Source: an uncultured Desulfurococcales archaeon
GTDB lineage: Archaea > Thermoproteota > Thermoprotei_A > Sulfolobales > Pyrodictiaceae
Length of the DNA stretch: 64,000 bases
Assembly (NCBI GenBank): GCA_964613695.1
Contig: CAZTIR010000001.1
Span: 27,450 to 91,449 of the forward strand
Direction: 5' to 3'
A model generated the notes under the pieces. That model saw nothing but the letters and a program-made list of their open reading frames with translations. It had not been told where the DNA came from and ran no database searches. This document shows, piece by piece, positions 9,302-18,190 of the stretch (position 1 is the stretch's first letter; every line of letters starts with the position of its first letter). Made by a program: the position numbers and the translations under genes.

Positions 9302-10146
9302 AGCACTACTACACGCCTCCGCAGGGAGGGCCTCCGAGCAGGCCTCCTGTCGAGAAGGGGGACCCTCCGGCCACACTTGGGGCACTCCACCGGGCCGGGC
9401 TTCTCGGGGGGCTCGTAACGCCTCACAACCCTCCAGGGCCTCCTCTCTACGAGAACCTCGCCACAATAGGGGCACATGAAGTCCATGACAGTGTAGCTCG
9501 TGTCGTTGTGTAGGAAGACCGGTAGCTTCTCCTCGTCGCGCAGCTTCTTAACCGCCCGGTATGCCTCATCCCAGAGCGCGTCGTCGAGAACCACGACTGT
9601 CAACGGGGAGCGCCTCCTAGCTATATCGGAGAGTATTGTCTTCGCGCCACGCTTCGCATACGGGAAGAGGATTTCATAGTGCACCCCCAGCTCTGGGAGA
9701 GAGTCTAGGAAGTCGTAGACCCTCGTATAGCCCCGCGGAGGAGCCTCGGGGGCGAAGACAGCGAGCTCAACAACAACCGCGTCCACGAGGCCGCGGAGCC
9801 CGCTTGGGGCTTCGACGAGCCCCAGCGTCTTTACGACTCGTATAACGCCAAGCTCTCCGAGCTCGCGGAGCAACACACCCCACTCCTCGTCACCCGCCAC
9901 AACCTCTAGCGGATCGGGGCCGTCGATGTAGACTACCTCGGCTCGGGTGAGCCTAACCTTGTCTATCACCACCTCGGGCTCCACGCTCTTCTCTAGCACG
10001 GCTTGCGAGCGGTACTCGTCCCACCAGCAGCGCTTACACTCAAAACCACCACCCTTCACAACGAGACGCAACACTAGACAATCGGGGCAGATGCTGTACA
10101 GCTGGGCATCCTCCGCTCTAGCAAGCTCACCCGCAACTATCCTCAA
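9298..10146 (-). CDS. Degenerate AmmeMemoRadiSam/PflA-type radical-SAM paralogue with C-terminal Zn ribbon
   Basis: GGGFECKRCWW aligns with GCNFRCxxCQNW but the first Cys is Gly; DGPDP for GGEP; CPYCG...CPKCG tail. Confidence 0.65.
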   Translation of the reverse strand: MRIVAGELARAEDAQLYSICPDCLVLRLVVKGGGFECKRCWWDEYRSQAVLEKSVEPEVVIDKVRLTRAEVVYIDGPDPLEVVAGDEEWGVLLRELGELGVIRVVKTLGLVEAPSGLRGLVDAVVVELAVFAPEAPPRGYTRVYDFLDSLPELGVHYEILFPYAKRGAKTILSDIARRRSPLTVVVLDDALWDEAYRAVKKLRDEEKLPVFLHNDTSYTVMDFMCPYCGEVLVERRPWRVVRRYEPPEKPGPVECPKCGRRVPLLDRRPARRPSLRRRVVVL

Positions 10147-10158
10147 AACACGCCACCC

Positions 10159-10740
10159 TTACAACGACACGAGCCTAGCCAAGCGGTACGGTGCTATCAG
10201 GTCGTACACCTCTTTCTTCAGCCACGGGTCTCTCCGGAACTCGCCCCTAAGCGCCGCGACGACGGTCGGCGCTGGCGTCCTCACGCCCCTCATCGCCATG
10301 CAGAGGTGGACGGCCTCCGTGACAACCATCACATCCTCGCTGCCAGTGGCCCTCTCAACCTCCTCCGCTATCTGCTGCGTCATCCTCTCCTGTATCTGCA
10401 GCCTGCTCGCAAACCTCCTCACAATCCTCACGAGCTTCGAGAGGCCTATGACGCGGCCGCGGGGCAGGTAGGCTACGTGAGCGACCCCGAAGAAGGGGAG
10501 GAGGTGGTGCTCGCAGAGGCTGTAGAAGCGTATTCCCGCCACAACCACCAGGTCGCTCTCCTCGGTGAACCAGGCGTACTCGTCGCCGCCCCCGTACCCC
10601 GAGAGTATCTCCGCGATAGCCTCCGCGAAGCGCCTGGGGGTCTCGCGCAGCCCCTCGCGCGACGGGTCCTCGCCAACAGCCTCTATGATGAGCCTCGCGG
10701 CCATCTCCAACTTCTCCTTGTCTATCGGCATCCTGCACAC
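10159..10740 (-). CDS. folE: GTP cyclohydrolase I (type IA)
   Basis: [35 protein letters not shown]. Confidence 0.96.
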   Translation of the reverse strand: MCRMPIDKEKLEMAARLIIEAVGEDPSREGLRETPRRFAEAIAEILSGYGGGDEYAWFTEESDLVVVAGIRFYSLCEHHLLPFFGVAHVAYLPRGRVIGLSKLVRIVRRFASRLQIQERMTQQIAEEVERATGSEDVMVVTEAVHLCMAMRGVRTPAPTVVAALRGEFRRDPWLKKEVYDLIAPYRLARLVSL

Positions 10741-10745
10741 ACCCC

Positions 10746-11219
10746 CTACTCGTAGTACTTGTCGACCACCACCTCGAGGAGCTTGGAGAGCCTCCTAAGC
10801 TGCTCGAGATCCTCTCGTATCAACTCCTCGACCCTCTTCAACTCCTCCGCACCCCTCCTGGCGAGGAGCAGAACCCTCTTCAACACCTCCTCCTCGGCCG
10901 GAATAGCCACTATGAGCATGTACTCGGAGAGGGTTGCAGCATGCTCTATTACCTGCTCGGGGCCCTCTAGGACGATATCAATCCCCTCCGGGCTCATCTC
11001 GAGGCCCCCGAGATGCTCTGCAACCCTCTTGCGGAGGATGCGGAGCCTCCGGAGACCAGCCAGTATGCTACGCTGCATCTCGACGTCAGCATAGTCGCGT
11101 CTCACTCGGACGAGCGCGGCGCGCAAAGACTGTATGAGACGGGCATGACTCTCAGTGACCGTCTCGAGCGTGTCTAGATAGTCTCGGGCGTCTACTCTAA
11201 CTACTCGGCGTTGCTCCAA
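10746..11219 (-). CDS. Hypothetical all-helical protein
   Basis: 157-aa amphipathic helical ORF, tightly packed upstream of folE. Confidence 0.65.
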   Translation of the reverse strand: MEQRRVVRVDARDYLDTLETVTESHARLIQSLRAALVRVRRDYADVEMQRSILAGLRRLRILRKRVAEHLGGLEMSPEGIDIVLEGPEQVIEHAATLSEYMLIVAIPAEEEVLKRVLLLARRGAEELKRVEELIREDLEQLRRLSKLLEVVVDKYYE

Positions 11220-11619
11220 TACCCTCCCCGCGGTAGGCCCTAACGGTCACAATGCTATTGTCTGCTACCCCCTCGTGGACAAGCTTCTCCCCATTAACCC
11301 ATATCTCGGTAACCGGCACATCCTCGTCCAGCACAACGCTAAACACGTAGCGATGACGGTGTGCGACAACAACCTCAACCTTATCGCTTATGCCGAGCTC
11401 TCTGGCCAGCTGCGGGTTTATCTTCGCGACACCCTCCTTGAGCTCGTTGTGGAACCGGAGCCTTATCCTCCTCTCACGCACCCGCTTCTCCTCGCCAAAG
11501 AGCTGGCTAGCGGGGGGTATCATCTGGAGGAGGCTGCGTATATCCCTCTTCTTCCGCTGCTTCTCCCCACCCTTCTCCCCACCAGCCTCGGCAGCCATCC
11601 AAACCACCCCGAGTAGCAT
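11197..11619 (-). CDS. Hypothetical protein, possible double-psi beta-barrel (CDC48-N-like)
   Basis: KINPQLARELGI and IWVNGEKLVHEGV pseudo-repeat halves. Confidence 0.6.
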   Translation of the reverse strand: MLLGVVWMAAEAGGEKGGEKQRKKRDIRSLLQMIPPASQLFGEEKRVRERRIRLRFHNELKEGVAKINPQLARELGISDKVEVVVAHRHRYVFSVVLDEDVPVTEIWVNGEKLVHEGVADNSIVTVRAYRGEGIGATPSS

Positions 11620-11803
11620 GTGGTATCTGTGACATACCGGCGAGTAACTAGCCTAACGTCGGGCTACTCGACTCTAAACGATTATACGAGGCGCTGCAGC
11701 CCAGCCGGGAGCAGCACGCGGACGAGTAAAATAGATAGATATGTCGGGCGCCGATAGGTTTTAGGATGGCAGCGTTTGCCTCTACACCCTCCGGGCGCGA
11801 TGG

Positions 11804-12799
11804 TTGCCCGAGTACGCGATAATAGCGGAGGGTCTCAGGAAGCGGTATGGAGACTTTGAAGCCGTTAGGGGCGTCTCCTTCCGCGTCGAACGCGGCGAGG
11901 TCTACGGGCTCCTGGGGCCCAACGGAGCCGGCAAGACGACCACCATGGGCATGCTCGTGACACTCATAAAGCCTAGTGGCGGTTCGGCCACTGTCGCGGG
12001 CTTCGACATCGTGAGGGAGCCGTGGGAGGTTAGGAAGAGGATCGGGGTCGTCTTCCAGGAGCCGACCATAGACCGCGATCTAACCGCCTGGGAGAACCTC
12101 TACATACACGGGAGGATCTATGGGCTGAGCCGCGAGGAGATAAGGAGGAGGGCTAGAGAGCTGATGGAGCTTGTGGGCCTCGAGAAGGTGATGGATAAGC
12201 CTCTCCGCAGCTACAGCGGGGGGATGATAAGGAGGTTTGAGATAGCGAGAGCCCTGCTCACAGACCCCGAGGTTCTCTTCATGGACGAGCCTACTGTGGG
12301 CCTCGATCCTCAGGCGAGGAGCCGCGTCTGGGACGTTATAAGGAGGCTGAAGAAGCTCGGAGTCACAGTCTTCCTGACGACGCACTACATGGAGGAGGCT
12401 GAGGCCCTATGCGACCGCGTCGCCATAATAGACTATGGTCGTATCATAGCGGAGGGTTCCCCAGAGGAGCTCAAGTCCAAGGTTGGCGGCGATACCGTAC
12501 AGCTTGTGACTTGCTGCGAGAGCGAGGCTAGGAGGCTGGCGGGCCTCCTCAGCGGTGAGGGTAGGGTCAGGTTATCGGAGGACGGGAGGACTGTCATCCT
12601 CGTGACGAGGGATGCGCCTAGCAAGATACCCGGCATACTCGAGAAGGCCTCCAAGGCCGGCGTGAGGATACTGGAGGTTCGCTACACGCGGCCAAGCCTC
12701 AACGACGTCTTCCTGCTGCTCACCGGGAGGAGTCTGCGTGACGAGGAGGGCGGCTGGAGGGATTGGATGAGGCTCCACATACACGCCAGGAGGGGGTGA
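11804..12799 (+). CDS. ABC exporter ATP-binding subunit (DrrA family)
   Basis: GPNGAGKT, YSGGM signature, FMDEPT, TTHY, C-terminal PSLNDVFLLLTG. Confidence 0.95.
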   Translation: MPEYAIIAEGLRKRYGDFEAVRGVSFRVERGEVYGLLGPNGAGKTTTMGMLVTLIKPSGGSATVAGFDIVREPWEVRKRIGVVFQEPTIDRDLTAWENLYIHGRIYGLSREEIRRRARELMELVGLEKVMDKPLRSYSGGMIRRFEIARALLTDPEVLFMDEPTVGLDPQARSRVWDVIRRLKKLGVTVFLTTHYMEEAEALCDRVAIIDYGRIIAEGSPEELKSKVGGDTVQLVTCCESEARRLAGLLSGEGRVRLSEDGRTVILVTRDAPSKIPGILEKASKAGVRILEVRYTRPSLNDVFLLLTGRSLRDEEGGWRDWMRLHIHARRG

Positions 12800-13659
12800 G
12801 CACCGGGATGTCGAGAACCGAGGTTATCCGGGTAGAGGGGGCTGCCGGGAGGGTGGAGCCTAGCTGGCTGGCTGCATTCGCGGCGATGGCGCTGAGGCAG
12901 CTCCTACGCTTCAAGACGGCCAAGAGCAGGGTTGTTAACAGCTTCCTCTTCCCACTAATCTGGCTCGTGTTCTTCGGACTCGGGTGGAGTGCGGTGTTTA
13001 GCGCTAAGAGCCTCGGGCCTATGGGGGTACAGGCTTTCAGCAGGCTCTTCGGGGGCCTTACGTACCTCCAGTTCCTCGCACCCGGCATAATAGTGATGAC
13101 CGTCTTCATGGCCGGGTTTGGGAGCGGCCTCGGGCTGCTATGGGATCGCGAGTTCGGCTACTTCAAGGAGATACTCGTCTCTCCTGCGCCACGCTCGGCG
13201 CTCATAACCGGCAGGATATTCGGCGACACGCTAGCCGCGATGGTTCAGGGTGTTGTCATGGCTCTACTGGTCTCCGCGGCGGCAGGCTGGCCTAGCGTAA
13301 CCGGGCTGCTAGGGGGTCTCCTAGCCGCGTTCGTGGCCGCGCTAGCCTCCTCGGCGATAGGCACCATAATAGCCTTGTCTATGAGGAGCCCCGAGGGCTT
13401 CCACATAGTGATAAACTTGCTTATGCTACCCATGCTGTTCGTAAGCGGAGCCTTCTACCCCATAGACCCTCTGCCAGCATGGCTCAAGGTATTCGCCTAC
13501 ATCAACCCGCTCTACTACGCTGTCGACCTCACGAGGGGCCTGATGTACGGGGTCTACAGCTCACCCTCGCTCATAATCGATGTGCTCGGCCTCGGGGCTG
13601 TAACCCTAGCGGCATTGGCAGCCGCTATAGCCAAGTTCAGCAAGACCTACGTGGCCTGA
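12796..13659 (+). CDS. ABC-2 type permease (DrrB family)
   Basis: FLAPGI, DREFGYFKEILVSP, FVSGAFYP, INPLYYAVD; GTG start overlaps the upstream stop. Confidence 0.93.
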   Translation: MSTGMSRTEVIRVEGAAGRVEPSWLAAFAAMALRQLLRFKTAKSRVVNSFLFPLIWLVFFGLGWSAVFSAKSLGPMGVQAFSRLFGGLTYLQFLAPGIIVMTVFMAGFGSGLGLLWDREFGYFKEILVSPAPRSALITGRIFGDTLAAMVQGVVMALLVSAAAGWPSVTGLLGGLLAAFVAALASSAIGTIIALSMRSPEGFHIVINLLMLPMLFVSGAFYPIDPLPAWLKVFAYINPLYYAVDLTRGLMYGVYSSPSLIIDVLGLGAVTLAALAAAIAKFSKTYVA

Positions 13660-13670
13660 GGGGCTGGGAG

Positions 13671-14054
13671 GTGCAGGAGCTCAAACCCGGGTTAACCGCC
13701 TCCAAGGTTTTCCGCGTAGCGGAGGAGCATCTCGCTGACAGGGTTGGCTCGGGGAGCGTCCCGGTTCTCGCAACACCAGCACTCATAGCCTTCATGGAGA
13801 ACGTCGCGTTCGAGATGGTAGAGTCTCGCCTGCCGAGCGACAAGACGAGCGTAGGCTCCTTCATAGAGGTCAAGCACGTCAAGCCTGTTGCGCCGGGGGG
13901 CGAGGTGAGGATAGTCGCCAGGCTCGAGGCTGTTGAGGGGAGGAGGCTCGTCTTCTGGCTCGAGGCTTGGAGCGGCGGCGAGCTGATAGGCTATGGTCTA
14001 CACGAGCGCGTCGTTGTAGATAGGAGGGGGTTCCTCGAGAAGATCGGGGGTTAA
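13671..14054 (+). CDS. Hot-dog thioesterase, FlK (fluoroacetyl-CoA thioesterase) family
   Basis: GSGSVPVLATPALIAFME, VG..EVKH, GLHER; GTG start at 13671 after GGGAG. Confidence 0.88.
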   Translation: MQELKPGLTASKVFRVAEEHLADRVGSGSVPVLATPALIAFMENVAFEMVESRLPSDKTSVGSFIEVKHVKPVAPGGEVRIVARLEAVEGRRLVFWLEAWSGGELIGYGLHERVVVDRRGFLEKIGG

Positions 14055-15808
14055 CTACCCACCGGTTTACCCAGCTCCTCGAGGCTAGCGCCCTCGAGGA
14101 ACCTCCTAACAGCCTCGACGAGCCTCGCCGTCTCGACTCGCACCTGCCTCCACGTGTCACGATCCCTCAGCGTGACCGTGTCGTCCTCGAGGCTCTGGTA
14201 GTCTATCGTGACGGCGACGGGCACGCCTATCTCGTCTGCCCTCGCGTAACGCCTCCCAATACTCCCGTCATCGTCATAGTAGACGTAGAAGCCTGCATCC
14301 TGCAGCATCCTCTTCACGTTCCTAGCCTTCTCCACCAGCCTCTCGTCGCGAACCAGGGGGAAGACCGCGACCTCGATGGGTGCGAGGCGTCTCGGGATGC
14401 TTAGCACGACCCTACCCTCCCTCTCCCTGTAAGCATACTCGAGGGTGACGTAGAGGAGCCTCTCCGAGCCGAAGGATGGCTCGACCACGTGTGGCACGAA
14501 GCGCCTGCCGGATACCTTCTCCTCCACCTCGACAACCCTAACCCTATCCCCGGGTATCTCGTACCCCTCCACGACAACCTTCCCCCTCTCCCTCAGCATC
14601 CTCTCAACCTCCTCGGGGCTAAGCCTCGAGAGGAGCTCGAAGACCCTCGGCGCATCGCTGCGGTAAGTCCTCCCAACCCACGCCTTGTCGACAATAACCT
14701 TCTTCACCTTCACTACCCTCGGCTGCGGGTAGGGCCTGAAGACCGTGAGGTCGTGGCCGCTGTACTTCATGTGCCTTGAGAGGTCGTAGTCCGTGCGGTA
14801 GGCGTGGCCGCTAACCTCGACCCAGCCCCACCTCGAGACCTTGACGAGCTGGTCGAAGACCTGTTGCGCGTAGTGGGCCCGCTCGTGCGGCAACTTCTCC
14901 TCGAAGAACATGTTCTCGTAGGGCACTCCAAGAGCCATTACAAAGTCTCTTGCGATAGCCATCCAGTAGGCCATCCAGGGCACCCTCACCACACCCTCAT
15001 TGATAGCCTCCTCCACGCTATACTCCTCGGGCTTCTCCTCGCCCCTCTCCCTAGCCTCCGCCGTCAGTATGCGTAGCTTAGTATCCGCAACCCTCGGAAG
15101 GTACTCGTCGAGACCCTCCCGCGGGTTCTCCGGGTCGAAGAAGAACTCGAACTCCATTATCGTGAACTCCCTGAGCCTCATCATGCCCTGCCTGGGGGAT
15201 ATCTCGTTGCGGGCCACCCGCCCAATCTGCGCTATACCGATGGGTAGACGGTGCCTCATAGCCTCGTAGACCCTCTTGAAGGATACGAACATCCCCTGCG
15301 CTGTCTCCGGCCGCAGGTAGCCTATGTTGCTGGAGTAGGGCCCTATGGTGGTACGGAAGAGCAGGTTGAAGAGCTTGACCTCGCTGAGGGGCCCGCCGCA
15401 AACCGGGCAGCGTAGATCATGCTCTCTTATTATCCGTGTGAGCTCCTGGGGGCTCAGGCCCTCGGTCTTGATGCCAAGCTTCTCCTCGATGAGGTGGTCT
15501 GCGCGGTACTTGCGTCCGCACTTAAGACACTCTACTATGGGGTCGGTGAAGTGCTCTAGGTGCCCGCTAGCCTTGTAGACTATCTCGGGGCCTATGATTG
15601 GCGTCTCTATCTCGACAACCAGGTCCTGGTGCCGGTGGATGAAGTACTCCCTCCATAACTCGATTATCTTCTGGTGTAGCCTTGCCCCGAGGGGGCCGAG
15701 GTCGTAGAAGCCCGCGACGCCACCGTATATCTCGTAGCTCGGCCAGAAGAAGCCCCTCCTCTTAGCGAGCTCCACTATCTTCTCGTAGAGGTCCTGCACT
15801 TCCCCCAT
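14051..15808 (-). CDS. glyS: Glycine--tRNA ligase (eukaryote/archaea-type)
   Basis: YLRPETAQG, RNEISPRQGMMRLREF, PHVVEPSFG, IGRRYARADEIG. Confidence 0.97.
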   Translation of the reverse strand: MGEVQDLYEKIVELAKRRGFFWPSYEIYGGVAGFYDLGPLGARLHQKIIELWREYFIHRHQDLVVEIETPIIGPEIVYKASGHLEHFTDPIVECLKCGRKYRADHLIEEKLGIKTEGLSPQELTRIIREHDLRCPVCGGPLSEVKLFNLLFRTTIGPYSSNIGYLRPETAQGMFVSFKRVYEAMRHRLPIGIAQIGRVARNEISPRQGMMRLREFTIMEFEFFFDPENPREGLDEYLPRVADTKLRILTAEARERGEEKPEEYSVEEAINEGVVRVPWMAYWMAIARDFVMALGVPYENMFFEEKLPHERAHYAQQVFDQLVKVSRWGWVEVSGHAYRTDYDLSRHMKYSGHDLTVFRPYPQPRVVKVKKVIVDKAWVGRTYRSDAPRVFELLSRLSPEEVERMLRERGKVVVEGYEIPGDRVRVVEVEEKVSGRRFVPHVVEPSFGSERLLYVTLEYAYREREGRVVLSIPRRLAPIEVAVFPLVRDERLVEKARNVKRMLQDAGFYVYYDDDGSIGRRYARADEIGVPVAVTIDYQSLEDDTVTLRDRDTWRQVRVETARLVEAVRRFLEGASLEELGKPVGS

Positions 15809-15893
15809 GTCGGGTTATCCCGGCTCAGCGTTTCAAACCCCGCGTTTTAAACGATGGTGTTATCCTCGCGACCATATATCGTGCAATAGCACA

Positions 15894-15927
15894 GAAACCT
15901 TATAAGCTTGTGAGCGTACGCTCACAA
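15894..15927 (+). promoter_or_regulatory. BRE/TATA box followed by a perfect 20-bp palindrome (candidate repressor operator)
   Basis: GAAA-CC-TTATAA (15894-15905), then TTGTGAGCGTACGCTCACAA (15908-15927), which equals its own reverse complement. Confidence 0.75.
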
Positions 15928-15945
15928 ATAGACGGGGTTGGGACC

Positions 15946-16164
15946 ATGGCCTGGTGGCCCTTCGGCTGGTGGGGTAGGGGTAGAGGAGGACCCTGGTGGG
16001 CCAGAGGACAGCCTTGGCCAGGCAACGGGCCCTGGAGCTTCCTGCCGCCATGGCAGAGGCCGGGATGGGTGTTCGGTAGAGGCTGGTGCCGCTACTGGTG
16101 GCCCTACTGGTTCGCCTGGTGGAGCCCAGCGCCAGCCTACTACCCGTACTACCCGTGGTGGTGA
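15946..16164 (+). CDS. Trp/Gly/Pro-rich small protein, 72 aa
   Basis: MAWWPFGWWGRGRGGPWW...WPGNGPWSFLPPWQRPGW...YYPYYPWW; SD-like GGGGTTGGGA; lies behind the TATA box. Confidence 0.75.
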   Translation: MAWWPFGWWGRGRGGPWWARGQPWPGNGPWSFLPPWQRPGWVFGRGWCRYWWPYWFAWWSPAPAYYPYYPWW

Positions 16165-16373
16165 GCTTGAGCTACCCGCTACCACCCTACTACTACCCGT
16201 ACTACCTGCCGCCGCTGCCACCACTACCGCCGCCGCCGTACCTGCCGCCAGGCTACCTGGAGTACCTGGCAGCTCTAGCGATATACCCTGAGCTGATCAG
16301 GTTGTATGTTGAGCTCTACCGCCAGTACATAGAGGCTCTTAAGGCTGCCGTGAGCGGCGCGGGTAGAGGCTGA
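16161..16373 (+). CDS. Pro/Tyr-rich small protein with C-terminal amphipathic helix, 70 aa
   Basis: GTG start overlaps the upstream TGA (GTGA); YPLPPYYYPYYLPPLPP...ELIRLYVELYRQYIEALK. Confidence 0.7.
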   Translation: MSLSYPLPPYYYPYYLPPLPPLPPPPYLPPGYLEYLAALAIYPELIRLYVELYRQYIEALKAAVSGAGRG

Positions 16374-16392
16374 GCCCCTCACACGCCCCTAG

Positions 16393-16398
16393 TTTTTT
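16393..16398 (+). terminator. Oligo-T terminator of the two-microprotein operon
   Basis: TTTTTT about 20 nt after the stop at 16373. Confidence 0.5.
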
Positions 16399-16427
16399 AG
16401 ACCCGGTTGCATGCTCGACCTGGGTGC

Positions 16428-17261
16428 GTGTTTTTGAGCTGGGTTCTAGGCGTAAAGCCCCCCGTGCAAGCCGAGATAGGGATTATTGGTGGTAGTGGCC
16501 TCTACGACCCGGGCATCGTCGAGAACGCTAGGGAGGTTAAGGTCTACACGCCCTTCGGGGAGCCGAGCGACTATATCATCGTCGGGGAGGTTAAGGGGAG
16601 GAGGGTCGCCTTCCTACCTAGGCATGGCAGGGGGCATAGGATACCGCCACACCGTATAAACTACCGTGCCAACATCTGGGCGCTTAAGGCTCTTGGAGTA
16701 AAGTGGGTTGTCTCGGTCTCGGCTGTGGGTAGTCTACGCGAGGACTACAAGCCTGGCGACCTCGTGGTGCCGGACCAGTTCATAGACATGACTAAGAAGA
16801 GGGACTACACGTTCTTCGATGGTCCCGTGGTGGCTCACGTTAGTATGGCTGACCCGTTCTGCGAGCATCTTCGGAGGCTCCTGGTCGAGACTGGGAGGTC
16901 TCTCGGGTACAGGATACACGAGAGGGGCACCTACGTTTGCATCGAGGGGCCGAGGTTCTCGACGAGAGCAGAGTCGAGGATATGGAAGGAGGTGTTCAAG
17001 GCCGACATTATAGGCATGACCCTGGTGCCGGAGGTCAACCTGGCCTGCGAGGCGCAGATGTGCTACGCCACCCTAGCGATGATAACCGATTACGATGTGT
17101 GGGCGGAGTCGCCGGTCACCGCAGAGGAGGTTATCAGGATCATGGCCGAGAACGTGGAGAAGGCTAAGAAGATACTCTACGAGCTCATACCCAAGCTCCC
17201 CGAGGAGCCCGACGAGAAGCTCTGCAGCTGCTGTAAGTCCCTGGAGACCGCGCTGCTCTAG
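16428..17261 (+). CDS. mtnP: S-methyl-5'-thioadenosine phosphorylase (MTAP II type); exact start uncertain
   Basis: [35 protein letters not shown]-terminal CSCC. Confidence 0.95.
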   Translation: MFLSWVLGVKPPVQAEIGIIGGSGLYDPGIVENAREVKVYTPFGEPSDYIIVGEVKGRRVAFLPRHGRGHRIPPHRINYRANIWALKALGVKWVVSVSAVGSLREDYKPGDLVVPDQFIDMTKKRDYTFFDGPVVAHVSMADPFCEHLRRLLVETGRSLGYRIHERGTYVCIEGPRFSTRAESRIWKEVFKADIIGMTLVPEVNLACEAQMCYATLAMITDYDVWAESPVTAEEVIRIMAENVEKAKKILYELIPKLPEEPDEKLCSCCKSLETALL

Positions 17262-17272
17262 GGAGTACGGTC

Positions 17273-18190
17273 TTGACGGAGAACACGAGGCTCCTGGATC
17301 GCGAGGCTTTGAGAAGGGAGGTCGAGAAGGGGGCTAGGCTAAAGGATGCGTTGACTAGCCTGGCGTCCGAGGCCCGCGAGAAGATCATTTTCTCGTACAC
17401 GGGCGCCGGGGGCGTGGCAGCGTGGATAGCATACTGGTTCGTGAAGCAGCTCGCGCCGGGTGTGAGCGTCGAGATCCAGCCGGGCGATGCTCTCGCGTTC
17501 CACGTCCTCGCGTATAGGGAGTCTAGGGACGAGTACTCGCCAGCCTCCGATACCACCGTCTACCTCTTCGTGGGGCCCGGCGGCGAGAACCAGTCGATCA
17601 TGGTGAGGGATGCCTCCCTCTATACGGGGGCGCGTCTCGCGATAATCTCGCCCAGGCTCCCGCCCCTACTACGCGATCGCCTCGGCGAGGAGCCGCGCCT
17701 CTTGGAGCTCGATGGGGTCTATACCATACTCGCTCCTATAGCCGCCGCCCTCCTCGCGCTCGAGATCGGCGAGAGTAGGGGGTATTCGGGTACGCGCGTG
17801 AAGCGCGTCGAGAGGGAGGTTTTGACGCTCACCGAGGTGCTAGACGACCTGCTTGAGAGGTTCTCGGATACCGCGAGGAGGGCTGCGGAGTGTAGGAGTG
17901 TAGAGTGTACGGTCATATACACTCCTACGATGAGGAGCGCTGCTATACTACACTCACTCCTCTACGGCTCTAGGCCCCTGGGGGTGCAGGACGCGCTGGC
18001 AGCGTTTATGGGGGGCGTTGGCGGTAGGGTATTGCTCATGTACACCCGTGGGGATGCTGACGCTGTCAGAGAGGTGAGGTTCAGGGCGTTGAGCAGGGGA
18101 GCCTCTCTCGTAGAGGTGGTTATGCCGACCGACCCGTTGACAGCCCCCATATACACGATCCTGGTTCTACACGCGAGGAGTGTAGACTAG
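17273..18190 (+). CDS. Hypothetical protein, possibly a degenerate double-SIS sugar-isomerase fold
   Basis: IIFSYTGAGGVAAWIAYW, VYLFVGPGGE, second alpha/beta half; 11 nt downstream of MTAP. Confidence 0.55.
   Translation: MTENTRLLDREALRREVEKGARLKDALTSLASEAREKIIFSYTGAGGVAAWIAYWFVKQLAPGVSVEIQPGDALAFHVLAYRESRDEYSPASDTTVYLFVGPGGENQSIMVRDASLYTGARLAIISPRLPPLLRDRLGEEPRLLELDGVYTILAPIAAALLALEIGESRGYSGTRVKRVEREVLTLTEVLDDLLERFSDTARRAAECRSVECTVIYTPTMRSAAILHSLLYGSRPLGVQDALAAFMGGVGGRVLLMYTRGDADAVREVRFRALSRGASLVEVVMPTDPLTAPIYTILVLHARSVD

Noticed and set aside
15908-15927. Resemblance of the palindrome to the symmetric lac operator (vector contamination)
   Set aside because: It has 4 extra central bases, lacks the AATT flanks, and sits in a native archaeal BRE/TATA context with no vector sequence around it.
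17219-17236. C-terminal CSCC motif of MTAP
   Set aside because: A CXC motif at this position is already known from the Sulfolobus MTAP II enzyme.
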